From: Monocercomonoides exilis PA203
Lineage: Eukaryota > Protista > Preaxostyla
Assembly (NCBI GenBank): GCA_001643675.2
Contig: LSRY02000046.1
Span: 248,001-312,000 of the forward strand
DNA: 64,000 bases
Direction: 5' to 3'
In this document: positions 1-13,173 of the stretch, piece after piece
Numbering within the stretch: position 1 is the stretch's first letter
Layout of the letters: each line of letters opens with the position of its first letter
The notes under the pieces: model-generated
Database searches by the model: none
What the model saw: the letters and a program-made list of their open reading frames with translations, nothing else
What the model was told of the DNA's origin: nothing
Position numbers and translations under genes: made by a program

Positions 1-3000
1 ATCATTGGAGGCAACCAACCTGTTTATGAGTTCCCTCCGTTCTTTTACTCACCGCGGTGGATGAAGAACACAACAGAAGAGGTGAAGTTCTTTATCACCT
101 CACATGGCTTGTCGGAGTATGTGTTCTCTTCATCAGATGTGTTAACACCAGATATGCTCTTCCAGTCCTCTTTCCTTCCGCTTCGCTACATCAGTCCTGA
201 AGGTTCAATCGACCCCTCATCTTTGCTTGTGTCGCAGTTTACTCCTTCTCCGACAACGCCCACGCCTGCACTTCCTAATGCACCTTCATCGTCCTCGTCG
301 TCTTCGTCTTCATCTTCTTCTGGAACGTCCACTCCAGAAGTCCGTGCAACCACACCTTGTTCCACATCTTCTGCATCTGCCTCATCAGCCTCGTCTATAC
401 AATCTGCATCATCCAATCCTTTTGCCACTCCAATTTCACTGGCACACCGCAGAGAACCAAAAAGAAAGCCAGAAGTGGTCGATCCGGTGCGTGGATCGTC
501 GCTTGTGAAGCAGCTGTGCGATCAAATGGCATCGAACTTCGAAGGGAAGATCAATGGACTTGTGGAGAATGCAGTGAAGGCGCTGGTGGAAGTGATACAA
601 GTCAATGTTGACACACCCAATGCTCCTAAAGAATGGGTACAATGCAATCCGTCAGCTTTCCACTTGGATCATTTCTTTGGATTGCTCTATTGGCTTCTCT
701 CCTGCCGCTATTCGTCTCGCTCTGCTGATCCATACATCGTGGTGGCCAAGTCTGAAACTATCAGCCCTGCATTCCTCACGTCGTTGCTTACACTCAGCAC
801 GTATTTGTCGAATGAAGCATTCAAAAACTACATCGATCTCAATCGCCTTTCGTTGATGCGACTGTTTTCATTGATTGCGATGAGGAGAGAGTTTGCAGAG
901 CAGTTATGGGTGTGCAGCCTTGCCACTCCGCAGACAAAGATCATTGGAGTAGAGCTTCCTGTGCCTAAAGCAATGAACATCGAGATGAAGACATACCTGG
1001 ACGAGATTGTGTATGCACAGGTCTCATTCCTTCTGATGCTGTGTGAATGGAGCAGCATGCTTTACAGCGAGCTGCTGGGGAGTGTGGTGCATGTGTCACT
1101 GGCACAGCACATCATATCGCACAGACGCTCATTTCCTCGTTCTTCTGCAGTGATGTTCACCTTCATTGCCCAAGCAATGGCAAGCATCGAAGACGAGAAA
1201 ATCCGCGCATCCACAGGAATAAACATCATCCTCAATGAAGTTGGTATGCCAGCGTTGGATCTGCGCCCATCAGTCAGCCTTCTTTCTCTTGTGTTCTTTC
1301 CCGTTCAGATCATCCAAAAGGGAGCGGCATACCTTTTCTCTCCAACATACACGCACCACAAGCTCAGTCGAGCAACAGTTCCCCAAATCGACCAGATGTA
1401 TGGGACATTCCAAAACGCACTTGAATCTGCTTCGAATGAACAAAGTTCGCCTCAAGTAGATCACCTTTCGCTTTCGACTCTTCCTTCTCCTGTCTCACGT
1501 TCAACAGCTCTCAATGTTTCATTCCCATTGTCTCCTTCTTCTTCTTCATCAAGCAATTCGATGTGTGCCAGTGGAGCATCGACAGTTCTGTCAACACCAT
1601 CAGCCCAGCGATTAACCCAACAACAGCTACAGCTTCAGACAGTTGCTGAAATGCCATATCAGACGCTTTCGTATTCACTGGCTCCATTTTCGAGAGACGG
1701 CACTCTTCGGCGAGCGACACAAAGTACAACAAAGGACATCACACGGCACTTGATATCGACACAGTCACCAGGCCAGCACCAGGAAATCATCATAGATATG
1801 CTGAAAAAGATTGTCTCATCTATCAATCCGCTCGAAGACCCGTTCTTCTCCGCGAACGTTATGTTCTCTGATGCATTTCTGGAGCATCCATCTTCTGTGA
1901 ATCACCCGCTCTTCCAGATACTCGACGTATGCGATGTGATCATAACAGACTGGTTCAGCGAGACCATCCGTGGCTCCAGAAGAGACATGCTGTATCAGTT
2001 TCCTGAGCTATCGATGGCATTGTTTGGCTCTTGTGAACCGCTTCTTTCTCGTGCATATGCGTCTGTAGGCCTTTCGTCATCTTCTGCAGTGCCAATTATG
2101 ATATCTGGACAAACACTAACTTCAATGTTTATCTCACTGGCTTCTCTAACATGTGCCTCATTTCCGCTTTTCGTGCGTGGCAGAGCAACTCGGCTGATTG
2201 TGCTTCTTCTTCCGTCTGTCTGCGACCACACGGCACGAATGGACGAGATGATGCTGGATGCGCTGCTGTGTGCGATGGAGTCTGTGTTTGAGAGAGAGAG
2301 CGACTTTGAAAAGAAGAACCAGTTCTTGAACGACGGAACAAACAACATCATGGCAGGCATTTTGACTCAAGACACAAAGGATTCAGTGTCATCTTCATTT
2401 GAATCAGATGCAGTTGTGCCGTTTTCGTTCTTAATCAACTACTCGTCCAACACGCCACCAGAGTACAATGCGATGCCTTCTCCATTCTCTTCTCTTATCC
2501 TTCCTTCGCGATCGTCTTCAGCCTCGGTATCGTCTTTGTCTGCTTCTACGGTCAATTCTTTCTCTTCTTCCCTTCAAAACACTCGTCCTCACACTAATCC
2601 CTCAGAATGCAACCAACGCAGTGTCGATCTTTTGAGCCGCTGGATGATGTTTCTGTGCTTCAGCGTCGGACATATCTGTTCTTTATCAAGCAAAACAACA
2701 AGAAACGTGTTTGGGCCAGGGGCTGCAATTAGAGGAGATGATGGTTCGGATGAGAGAGAGCGCGAAGGAAGCAAGAAAGTACGTTGGACAACAACTCAGA
2801 TCACAGAAAGAATTGCACCTCTTCTGCCGATTGGCTACAGCGGAAGGAAAGAGGAGCTGAGGAGAGACGAGTGGATCAAGACGAAAGTGCAGCGTCTGAA
2901 TGAGATGCTACTCTTCTTCTCTGTCCATTCAAGTGCAATCACAAATTCCAATCTGGATGCCTCTGTTTCATCTTCTTTTGCGTCTGCATCTTCCTCTGCC

Positions 3001-3999
3001 ACTCTGACTGATACCATCCACACGCACTCCACTGTTTCTGTGAAGCCTGAAGGCGCCAAGTGCTGGCATCCATTTGTGGAAGCACACAACCCGAACATTC
3101 TCTCTTTTACTTCGTACATCGAGGAAAGCCCTGTCGTAGCAGCGAATGTGATGAATCTCTTCCAGCCACCTGACAACTTCCCAGGGAAGGGATTGAAGGC
3201 GTACCAGCCATCGACACACTTCTTCTTGCCTTCCGTGTATCACATCTTTATGCAGCACCCAACCCTTTTCCTTTCTGTGAGGCCGCTCCATTCTCCCAAC
3301 CACAGATCCCACCAGGAATTGTACCGCTTGCTGCTATCTTCTGTCGCTGCATCAGTCTTTTCGCGCTCTCACCCTCCGCTTCTGACACGCTTTTCTGTCG
3401 CTACAGCAACAATGCAGTGGAATATTGTGCGTTTTGCATTTGTGCCTCATCTGACAGGGATTTTCTCTGCAAACAGTTCGAGTAACTCGAGGAACAGTGC
3501 GTCGTGCAGCGGAGATGCAACAGGAACGTCAGAATCTTCCACTGCGCTACATTCGCTTTCGGATACAAACAAGAAGGAGAAGCTGCGCCTTCTGTTTCTG
3601 ACATCACTGGAAAAACGACTGGATGAACTTGATGCAATCTGGTCACAACCAGCCATCCAGGAATCGCTATCATCTGACTGTGATTATGCTGCTGCTATTC
3701 TTCACATTGTGATTTTCTCTCTGACGATATTTTCATTCCCTCATTCTCTTGTTTCATACACTGTGAAAAAGCATTTGTCTTCATTGAGCACTATCATACA
3801 GCTGCTTTGTCTCCATCCTGCTGTGCATCAAACAGACTATTCCGAAGATTCAACGATGTCACAATTACCTGAGGGATCCACAAGAACACGCTTAGGACAA
3901 CCTGTTATTTCGCTTCAGAACCACATAATGCTCAGCGAATGCTATTTGTGGCTTACAAATTTTTTGAAAATTACTGTGCCTGATGTTTCAAATGAATGA
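1..3999 (+). CDS. Large Ser-rich hypothetical protein, probably 5'-partial (long terminal exon)
   Basis: 1312-aa ORF; the frame is open back to base 1; higher GC than flanks; AT-rich 3' UTR follows the TGA. No domain recognised. Confidence 0.8.
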   Translation: MIGGNQPVYEFPPFFYSPRWMKNTTEEVKFFITSHGLSEYVFSSSDVLTPDMLFQSSFLPLRYISPEGSIDPSSLLVSQFTPSPTTPTPALPNAPSSSSSSSSSSSSGTSTPEVRATTPCSTSSASASSASSIQSASSNPFATPISLAHRREPKRKPEVVDPVRGSSLVKQLCDQMASNFEGKINGLVENAVKALVEVIQVNVDTPNAPKEWVQCNPSAFHLDHFFGLLYWLLSCRYSSRSADPYIVVAKSETISPAFLTSLLTLSTYLSNEAFKNYIDLNRLSLMRLFSLIAMRREFAEQLWVCSLATPQTKIIGVELPVPKAMNIEMKTYLDEIVYAQVSFLLMLCEWSSMLYSELLGSVVHVSLAQHIISHRRSFPRSSAVMFTFIAQAMASIEDEKIRASTGINIILNEVGMPALDLRPSVSLLSLVFFPVQIIQKGAAYLFSPTYTHHKLSRATVPQIDQMYGTFQNALESASNEQSSPQVDHLSLSTLPSPVSRSTALNVSFPLSPSSSSSSNSMCASGASTVLSTPSAQRLTQQQLQLQTVAEMPYQTLSYSLAPFSRDGTLRRATQSTTKDITRHLISTQSPGQHQEIIIDMLKKIVSSINPLEDPFFSANVMFSDAFLEHPSSVNHPLFQILDVCDVIITDWFSETIRGSRRDMLYQFPELSMALFGSCEPLLSRAYASVGLSSSSAVPIMISGQTLTSMFISLASLTCASFPLFVRGRATRLIVLLLPSVCDHTARMDEMMLDALLCAMESVFERESDFEKKNQFLNDGTNNIMAGILTQDTKDSVSSSFESDAVVPFSFLINYSSNTPPEYNAMPSPFSSLILPSRSSSASVSSLSASTVNSFSSSLQNTRPHTNPSECNQRSVDLLSRWMMFLCFSVGHICSLSSKTTRNVFGPGAAIRGDDGSDEREREGSKKVRWTTTQITERIAPLLPIGYSGRKEELRRDEWIKTKVQRLNEMLLFFSVHSSAITNSNLDASVSSSFASASSSATLTDTIHTHSTVSVKPEGAKCWHPFVEAHNPNILSFTSYIEESPVVAANVMNLFQPPDNFPGKGLKAYQPSTHFFLPSVYHIFMQHPTLFLSVRPLHSPNHRSHQELYRLLLSSVAASVFSRSHPPLLTRFSVATATMQWNIVRFAFVPHLTGIFSANSSSNSRNSASCSGDATGTSESSTALHSLSDTNKKEKLRLLFLTSLEKRLDELDAIWSQPAIQESLSSDCDYAAAILHIVIFSLTIFSFPHSLVSYTVKKHLSSLSTIIQLLCLHPAVHQTDYSEDSTMSQLPEGSTRTRLGQPVISLQNHIMLSECYLWLTNFLKITVPDVSNE

Positions 4000-5599
4000 A
4001 GCAGTTCGTATATTGTTATGTATATATTTTGATTAACAATTGCTTGACTATTATTTGTAGGCTATGATTTTTATTTATTTAGTTTTGTTAATGTTATATT
4101 TATTGTGATTTTATGTTTAATAAAATAATAACACTATGATGATATTTTTAAAAGTTTTATATTAATCTTCGAATTGTTTCATTTTAACTGTTTCATTTAA
4201 TTCGTTTTTGTTATGTTTTTATTTATAAAACGATTAGGGATTGCGTTTTTTTTCAAATCGAATTTTTTTTTTCTTTATTCTTTTCTTTTCTTTTCTTTTT
4301 AAAAAATACCTTGAAAGGTTTCAAAACTCAAAAGAAAAAATTTGATATTTTGAATGACGATTCGAAATGGGGAGCAGTAACTCATTATTCTTTTTGATGA
4401 TTACTTTTTCTCTTTTAACCTGAAGCAATTCAATTTTTTCACTGAAATTTTGATACTGTTAATAAAAAGAAAAAAGTCAATAAAATAGAAAACATTCACC
4501 TCACTTTTTTTGGGGGGGAGCTTTAATAATAAAAATCTTGATAAAGAGTAAGCTCTCAAGAACAACTGACTTGCTCAAATCTCTTTTGTAAATTGATTAA
4601 CAACAGATACAATGCAGATTGAATCAAATTATTTAAATTGAAAAAATAATTCAAAATTTTGGGGGTTATTTAAAATAACCCCTGTTTTTTTGAATTGACT
4701 TGCTTATTTTTAAAATCTTCATCCTATTTTGAATTGAATGTTCAAAACATGAAAAAAGATAACATTAAATGATTTGCATAAAAGATTGATATAAAATACG
4801 AAAGATTTTTTTGATTCTCTTTTTGCAAAAATTTTGATCTTTCAATAATCAACTTCGAAAAAATATAATAATTCAATAATTCGTTTAAAATGCTATTCCA
4901 ACTTATGTTATCGAATACATGAGTTATATAATGCGAGTATGCATGGTTTTAACAATTAAAAATTCATTTTTCCCAATATACAAATCATAAAAGCTTCATC
5001 AAATTTTTTCTTTGTTTCTTCGCAATTGAAGGTTGTTTCTTTTAAACTGAAGCACCAACAACAACTTCTGTTCCATTTTGATTAGTCCTCGTTAGGTAAT
5101 TACTGCTTTTTTCGTTTTTAGCAACAACAATTTCCAAACAATATTGTTTTTCATTTTTCGCCTTGTTGATAAACAATGTTAAAAATCATAAACAAGAAAT
5201 ATATAAAACACTGAACGTTAAAAGGTATATATGGTTCTTTTTCAAGATTTCGTTTTTAATTAAGAACATTTAATATTATTTCAAAATTTTATTTTTGGAT
5301 ATTTTTCTTCTTATTAAACCGATCACACAATCTATTTTTAATTCCTTCAACACTTAAAACCTTTGGCCTTTGTCTGTTTTAATTTTTATCCCACTTCATC
5401 CAAACGATTACTCACAAACTTAATTTCTATTTCATTTGTGATAGACATTTATTCTCTTACGTTCCAATCAACGGCTTTATCTTCCAGCTCGCTCAAAACG
5501 TCATCAACGAATTTATCATCTCTTCCATCAACAGATCCGACAAATCTCTCTTTGTCTTCAACACCTCCTTCTTCCACCAAACGTGCTCTTTATCAAATG

Positions 5600-6900
5600 C
5601 TTCTATGATACACGAAGGATCAGAAAATAACAGAGAAAAGTCAGGATGATTTACTTCATTCGGACTGAACAGCAACAAATTTGAATGGTGCATATGGTAA
5701 AATACAAATGACGGAAATGATTGGGGTGGAGCACTTCAAGTTGTTTGCGAAAATGCCAATCTCACAATCACTTCTTGTACATTCATCAAATGTTCAACTT
5801 ATGGGGAAGGAGCAGCGTTGTTTTGTTATACTTTGTTGAAAATCAGCATCACAAAATCTAATTTCACAAGTTGTTCGGCTTTTTATGGAGGAGCTGCAGA
5901 AATAATATATCCTCAATCCAATTCTGTTTGGACATTCTCAGAAAACAGAGTGGAAAGTTGTTCAATAACAAATTGGTGCGGAACTGGTAGGTATTTTGGT
6001 GTTGTCGGAACTCTAACAACTCTTCAATTTCTGTTTTCGAAATGCAAGTGCATCTCAAATTCAGGTGGTGATTCTGCCGGTTCTTTAACATTTTATAATC
6101 CTCCGCAAAATAAACCAAGTCAATTTTCAATCAATGATTGTCAATTCATCAATTATAAATTGAACTCTTCTTTAACATATGGAGTTGCCGCTATGTGTTT
6201 TTATCCTCCTTTTTCCTGGATGAGCGGGTTCAAATTCATTACATATTGTTTCTTCGATGGCAACACCGCCAAAAATGGAGGAGGAAACGATGTGTTCTTT
6301 AATGGTAATTCCATAGCTCAATCTCCGTTTGAGAATTGCGGATCAACAACAGCGTCAAAAAGAACGTGGAATGCAGAAACAGCTGACAACGCTGAGAACA
6401 ATGGTTGGCTTTCCCTCTTCGTTCAGAACAAAATCGTCGCAAGCAATGGAACTGGTACTGGTGCCTGTGGCAGACCCCAACAGATCCCATGTTCCACCAT
6501 CAAATATGCACCCAATAAATCACATTTCTTCAAAAATCATCTTTAATGGACATCGGCTCAATCTTCTCCATCGTAAATTGCACCATGAGCTGCTTTTTCT
6601 TTTGACGCAAAACCTTTCAAACTCCATCAAAATGGGTGTTCATCTCATTCACCAAATCCATAACAAAAAATTCCTTCATAATGAAAAACAAACCACTTTT
6701 TCTTTTTTGTGCAATAAAAGTTGAATCGAAGAATGAATAAAAAAAAGAGAGAGAGAAGAATGTTGAAAAAAGAATGGCAACGAAAATTTTTGAAAAGGCA
6801 AAAAGATTACAATTAAAAAAAAAAGTCGGAGTTTGAAATATGTTGAGGACGAAGCATCAGGAGACTGAAGGGAATGAAGGCTCCAATAAAGAGATTTGCG
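5600..6900 (+). pseudogene. Decayed PMP/pectin-lyase-fold surface protein family member
   Basis: ORF 5818-6546 has GGA, FxxC and FDGNTAKNGGGNDVFF motifs and a CG..PC.TI motif; related sequence on both sides is broken by stops and frameshifts. Confidence 0.6.
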
Positions 6901-7059
6901 AGGTGAAAAGAGAGTATTTGTTTTCAATAAAAGTGAAAGAATGCTATGGAAAATTTTGAAACTTGCATAAGAGAGAATATGAGGAGAATATAATTTAGAA
7001 AGTTGGAAAGTGAAAAATGAACATGAAAATTTTCAACAATGTTGCAATTTCAACATCAT

Positions 7060-7306
7060 TTTGAAACGTTAATTGCGATTGAACACAAAAAGCAATCAAA
7101 TCCAAAAATAAAGTTTTTTTTTCGCAACAAAATAGATAAAATTTTTCCATTTTCAATTGATTATTAAAGTGAATTTGATAATAATCTAAGCAATTAATTA
7201 TTCTTTGTTAAAAAGCTCAAAACTGTAAATTTTTCGCAATATTTTCAAAATTGTTTGTGCACAATTTTGTGATAATTTGTATTCAAATTACAAACAATGT
7301 TTCAGA
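7060..7306. repeat. Degenerate inverted repeat (old MITE)
   Basis: TTTGAAACGTTAATTGCGATTTGAACACAAA at 7060 pairs imperfectly with TTTGTATTCAAATTACAAACAATGTTTCAGA ending at 7306. Confidence 0.45.
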
Positions 7307-8101
7307 TTTGGCAACCACCAATTTAAAAAATTAGTTGTTTCTTTTGATCAAAGAAAAAAATTTATGTTTTAAAAGACATCTTCAAATTGGAATTGTTTTT
7401 GTGCGTTCCATTTTTGAGATACACGGAAATGCAACCTGAATTTAGTGATTTTTTCATCACAGCAATGAACAAAAAACATCTAGAATGCAAATCTGTGCAG
7501 ATATCAGCTATCTGATTAAAAACTGTTCTTAAGAATTTTAAAAAATCTTATATCCCAAGAAGAGAAAACAAAAATTGAAAATAAATCGTATATTAAGTTC
7601 TTGTACAATGACAGAAAAAAATATTGACTGGGTTGAAAAATCTTTCCAACATTCCTCTTGAAATTTATATTTTCTTCAACAATATATGTTTGAGTTGCAA
7701 CTGGAAAATAAAACCTTTCAAAACACAAAATTTTTAAAACATAATTCTTATTTAATCCTCAAATTATCTTTTTCTTTTTCCATTCTATCAATTGTGAAAT
7801 TGAAGCGCTCCTGCTTATCACAAATATGCTCCACATTTTTTTTGCACACTCTTCACTTGACTTTACGAAGAAAATACATCAAATGTTTTCATATGTTTTT
7901 ATTTATTTCATTTTTCAGTGATGAGCTTGGTTTATTCAATGATTCAACAAAATCATAACATTGGAACTCGATAAAAATTTGAACAAATCTTTCTTATCTT
8001 TCAATAATTTCACCAAGTAATGATAAATGCATTCGTCAATTAGATGGAAAATGCTAATTCATCTTTTTCAAACAATTTATAATGGACGAGAGATCTTTTT
8101 T

Positions 8102-8773
8102 ATGGGGTTGTTTTCTTTTTTAAGTCGTCTAAAGGCACAAAAAGCAAAACTTCGTGTTCTTGTTCTGGGATTAGACAATGCAGGAAAATCTACAATATTA
8201 GCATCGTTGGCGGACGAGGAAATTTCTACTGTTACACCAACAGCTGGCTTAAATATAAAAACTGTACAACATCAAAAATATGAGCTTACAATGTGGGACA
8301 TTGGTGGACAAAAATCGATTAGAAAATACTGGAAAAAATATTACAAAGATACAGATGCAGTTGTTCGTATTTTAGTTCTTTTTCATGAAAAATCAAAACT
8401 TTTTAATGAAATTTCAATTTACTTTTTTTCTGTGCAGATCTATGTTGTTGACAGCTCTGATGTTGCTAGAATTGGTGAAACTTATGCAGAATTTTGTCAG
8501 CTACTTCTAGAGCCGCAATTAAGTGGTTTGCTTTTTGAAGCCTTTTTTTGTTAATTATTTCTTTAATTTACAGGACATCCAGTTCTCGTTTTCGCAAATA
8601 AACAAGATTTAAGTTCCGCACTAACTCAGGCAAAAGTGGCAGAAGAATTACATTTGCCATCAATTTCGGATCGACCTTGGCAAATTCAAGCATGCTGCGC
8701 TAAAACCGGAGAAGGACTTAAAGAGGGGATGGAATGGATGTTGGAAGCTGTTTCAGTGATATCATCGAAATGA
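8102..8773 (+). CDS. ARL3: ADP-ribosylation factor-like GTPase (Arl3-like), 3 exons: 8102-8362, 8438-8525, 8574-8773
   Basis: MGLFSFL myristoylation-type N-terminus; [19 protein letters not shown] and FANKQDL motifs; [15 protein letters not shown]-terminus. GT-AG introns at 8363-8437 and 8526-8573 restore the frame. Confidence 0.88.
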
Positions 8774-9046
8774 CACTTCGATTCTTAAAAGTTAATGAAA
8801 TTTTGGATTTATTTAATTAAAGTTTTAAAAGAAAAGTAATTTTGAAAATTGATTCTTCAAAAATTATTCTTGTTACAAATTTTGATAAAAATGCAAAAAG
8901 AAACATATATCTAAATTAGCATGAATGAAAGCATTCTTTCATATTATTTTTTTAGATTAATAGGAATATTTTTAAATCACACGTTTTTAAACAATTGTTA
9001 TAAAAATTGGGTTAGAGTTTTTTCTTGTTCATTTTTCTAAATACTT

Positions 9047-9252
9047 GGCTGATCCTTTTTGAAATCATACTTTCGTTCGAGTTTTGATCAAAAATTTAAT
9101 CTCAATGGGATTTAGAAAAAAATGAGTTGAAATAGTGAACACTTATTGTTAATGACATTGCTACTGCAAAAACAAATTTTTATTCAAATCCCATTGAAAA
9201 CAAAATTTTGATCAAAACTCGAACGAAAGTATGATTTCAAAAAGGATCAGCC
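9047..9252. mobile_element. MITE family A (GGCTGATCC TIR), copy 1
   Basis: About 45-bp perfect TIR GGCTGATCCTTTTTGAAATCATACTTTCGTTCGAGTTTTGATCAAAA; ACTT on both flanks; second copy at 46956-47160. Confidence 0.85.
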
Positions 9253-9889
9253 ACTTATTAAAAAATGAGGTTTTAAAAATGTAAAAAAAAATCAAATTTT
9301 TCGAATAAAATTATTTCAGAATTAATGTTTCAATACTTTTCATTTTTCCTTCAGCTCGATTCATTGAATCACACAGTTAATCATTATCAGAATCGTCACA
9401 ATCGATTTGTTTCAAATTTTCTTTTCTCCGTTTTCTTTTCTACAACAGCTGCTCTCACTTCATTTTATTTCATTTTCGTTCATTTCAATTATCGAATTAA
9501 ATTTTCAGCTTTAAATGATTTTTCGGTTTTTGTTGAAGACTTTCATCAATTAAATTTTTATATGCAGATGTTTTATCTTCAATCTAAACTGAAAACATTC
9601 ACATCAAATATTATCAACGTTGGTGTTAATCACATTTTTGTGTGCAATAACATATCTCGTACGTTTTCATTCATTTTCCATGGTTCATAATAACTCGGCT
9701 GAATAAGAATGTTTACAATTATTTTTCACGATGAGTGGATTTTTAATTTTGAAAAATCGATTTTTTGATCAAAAATTGCTTATATTCGAATTTCAAATAA
9801 TTCTTTTGTGACATGACATGTCAAAAATCATTTATCTGTCACAAAGAAAAAAGAAAGAAAAAATTCGAAATTCGAATTAACAATCAAAT

Positions 9890-10620
9890 CTATCCTTGCC
9901 CTCTCCTTTGTGCGATCTTTCAAATGTCTCCATATCTCAACATTTCACTTAACTCCTCCATTTCCTCCTTCATCCCGTCTCGTTCCAACAATCTCCACAA
10001 CACTTAATGTTCTCAATCTCCATCCATTTTTCATCACATTTGCAGAAACCAATTTTCCATCAATCTCTTTCTTCAGACATATCAACACCTTTTCCCACTG
10101 CTGCTTCATGGTGCATTTGCCCATCTGTCGTCTTTTCTCTTTTCGCATCTTTCATATCTTCCGTTGCTTTTTACTGAAATTCTTTGTAGCAAAATGCAGC
10201 TTATTTAACTTCCATCACAAACAATCAATATTACATAGAAGTTCATTTTATGTTAACGAGCATTGATTTGCGGTAAACAAAACACTCCTTTGAACCTTTC
10301 ATTTCCCCAACATGTAGATTTTTCATTGTTTCTTCTGTTGGACATGTTCATTTTCTTCCCCAGCTGCGCTGAATATCCTTTTATCTGTTAAACTGCTCAT
10401 CTCCTTGCAAACTTCCTCCTGCATCCCTTGAAGCAAATAATTAAATGTCAATTTCATCTTTCTCCTCATCGTTTTCGATTCTACTTACTTTTTTTGTTCA
10501 TCGTTTCTTCTCATCTTGCTTTTTCATGACTCTGTTCGAGTTTCTTTTGCACTGCATGTTCACTTCCATCCCGCATCACTTCCTTCCTTTGAAAAACAGT
10601 GTCAATAACATCAATCATTT
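9890..10620 (-). pseudogene. Decayed fragment of a repetitive surface-protein family
   Basis: Purine-rich, coding-like minus strand with short broken ORFs (e.g. 9945-10148, EGGNGG motif). Confidence 0.3.
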
Positions 10621-12301
10621 TTTCAATCGTTTTGTATGTGACATGAATAAAGGAAAAAAAAACATAAGATTATAATAACTATATTTCTTTTAATAAAAAA
10701 TAATAAATACCATATTCGCCTTTAGAAATTGTTGTTTTTGACTTTGCACTAAATGCAACACGATAATTGTGTGAACGCAAGAATATGTTTCGAATAGAAA
10801 ATCAGAAAAATATTACGAAATTTTTCTCAAAACAGGAAGAAAATTTCCCCAGAAAACAGTGATAATATTTTTTCTTTAACAATTTCGAAGATGAAGATTT
10901 TCTTTGTTCATTAAAAAGTTTGTAAATTGATATTTTATTAGATCAGAATAGAACTTTAACAATTTTGTTCAATAAATTACAAATATTAGATCAATTTGAG
11001 TTTTGTCCAACTTTTTTGAATTGACTGAATCAATTCTGATTTGGCTCAATCTTGTATATTATCAAGAATTAAAAATCTTTATGACAAATATGATCAATTA
11101 TGATAAATTTTAAACTTTGATTTTGTTGTATGACAGTTTATTTTAATCAACATTTTTGTCTATAATTCGCACGGCAGTTTGTTATATATTATTGGTGTGT
11201 ATTTAGCTCTTCAATGTGAAAAAATATGAAAATATTGATGTTATTTTTATTGTTTTATCGTTCCAGACAGCCTATGGCAAATGTTTTTGCTGCTTAAAAC
11301 TTTTATAATCAACGTATTTTTTTTAATTTCTCCTTATCTTAAATTTCTCCTTATTTTTAATTATGTTAAAGAAATATATGAAGTGTTCCAATAAAATTTT
11401 CGTTGTAGACAAATTTTTTGAAACTATTTTCGTTTACCATAAACATATAACTTATTACAAAAGCTTTTTATAACATTGTGAAGTTCATATAAATTTCAAT
11501 AGTGGTTGTTTTTTTGATTTCTGATTTATTTTAAATTTTGTTTTATCTGTAATGATTAATTGCATTTAGCATTTCAAATCAATCATCAATTAAGAATAAA
11601 AAAAGAATATCATTGAATACTTGTGTTTTAATAGTTTGAACAACAGCAACAGTTGAATATCGATTTTTTTAAACATTGAATCGGTGAAGCTTCGCTTTAA
11701 AAAAAAAATCACCGACAAATTGATTCAAATGCATTTGGAATGCATTGTTTAATGGAAATCTTTTGATAATAGAGAGCAAAAAAACAATCAAAAAAGATGA
11801 TCATTTTCACAAAAGAGAATCAATCAACATTGACTCAATCAATTCAAACAAAAACAATTCATATCAAATTTTTATCTTTCTTTTTGGCTTTGCTTAGGCA
11901 ACGCCATGTGATTTATCCAAACTGAATAATGTCTTTCAAAAACATTATGAGTCTTGAAAAACAAATAAACATTTGTGACAGTATTTTTTTTAATTTTATG
12001 AAAAAATCAATAATTTGTTCCAAACTATTTCAACTTTGAATTAATGGAATTGAAGCATTCTCGTGAAAAATAAAACAAAGAAATTTCAATATGTTGAGAA
12101 AAATTTTTGAAAGCACTCAATGGAACAAAAAACATAAAGTAAATTATTTTGTACCATTTCAATTTTTTGATTAAAAATTTCGACTTCTTCCATCAACAGT
12201 GCGCTGATAACAATTTGAAGCACTAATAACAATTTAATAATAAAATTTTTAAATGCCTTTTTATCTGTTTCAAAATTAACTTAAACCTAATAATAATAAT
12301 A

Positions 12302-12659
12302 CAGTTTGCACAAAAAATACCGGACAAGATCGATTTCTCAATAACCGCAAGATGAATAATTCTGACAATATTCCTCAAAATATATCTCATCAATGAAAAC
12401 TCACATGATATACAAGACTTTCAAAATATCTTCATTGGCGCTCAGAAATATCAATTTTTTAAATATCGGAGAAATGGAATTTTGAGTTTCTCCGAAATTC
12501 TAATAATTATTTATTTCTGAGCTCAAGTGAGGCTGTTTTGATAGTTTTGTATATCATGTGAATTTTCATTAATGAGATATATTTTGAGGAAAATTGTCAG
12601 AATTATTCCTCTTGCAGTTATTGTGAAATCGATCTTGTCCGGTATTTTTTGCGCAAACT

Positions 12660-12660
<1 letters not shown>
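12302..12660. mobile_element. Tc1/mariner-type MITE family B, copy 1
   Basis: TA|CAGTTTGC...GCAAACTG|TA with imperfect arms of more than 110 bp, inserted in a (TAA)n tract; related copy at 44464-44816. Confidence 0.85.

Positions 12661-12700
<40 letters not shown>
12661..12700. repeat. (TAA)n microsatellite
   Basis: About 13 TAA units; a shorter tract lies on the other side of the MITE. Confidence 0.95.
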
Positions 12701-12726
12701 TATATAAGTGAACCTTAATAAGATAT

Positions 12727-12966
12727 GTCTAAATTTTTTTGAAAAGTTCCTTTTGTGAAATTTTCTAATAAAATAAAAATTTCATATTTCGATCAAATTT
12801 ATGTTCCCAATTATGAAACTTCACAAAAAATGTAATGATAACATTCTTTTGGATTTATTTCCATTTTGGTGAAGTTTCATAATTGGGAACAAAAAATTGA
12901 TGAAAATATGAAATTTTTATTTTATTAGAAAATTACACAAAAGGAACTTTTCAAAAAAACTTAGAC
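12727..12966. mobile_element. MITE family C, copy 1
   Basis: ATAT|GTCTAA...TTAGAC|ATAT with about 100-bp imperfect arms; related copy at 43786-44023. Confidence 0.82.
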
Positions 12967-13173
12967 ATATGTGAATGTTTGACGTTATGGTTTGAAAAAT
13001 ATTAAGATGGGCTTCATTTTCATTATTGTTTGAAAGATTTCATACCACTTTCTCAAAAGAGAAATGTTAATAACACTTCGACTTATATCCATTGAAGTGT
13101 AATAAACAGATCAGTGATGTTTCTTACGGTAGAAAAATGTTTTTTGTCAATTATCCTCACGTTCAAATCAGTG

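Noticed and set aside
4662-4682. Short hairpin GGGGTTATTT-A-AAATAACCCC
   Set aside because: Short, single copy in this window, and no supporting context.
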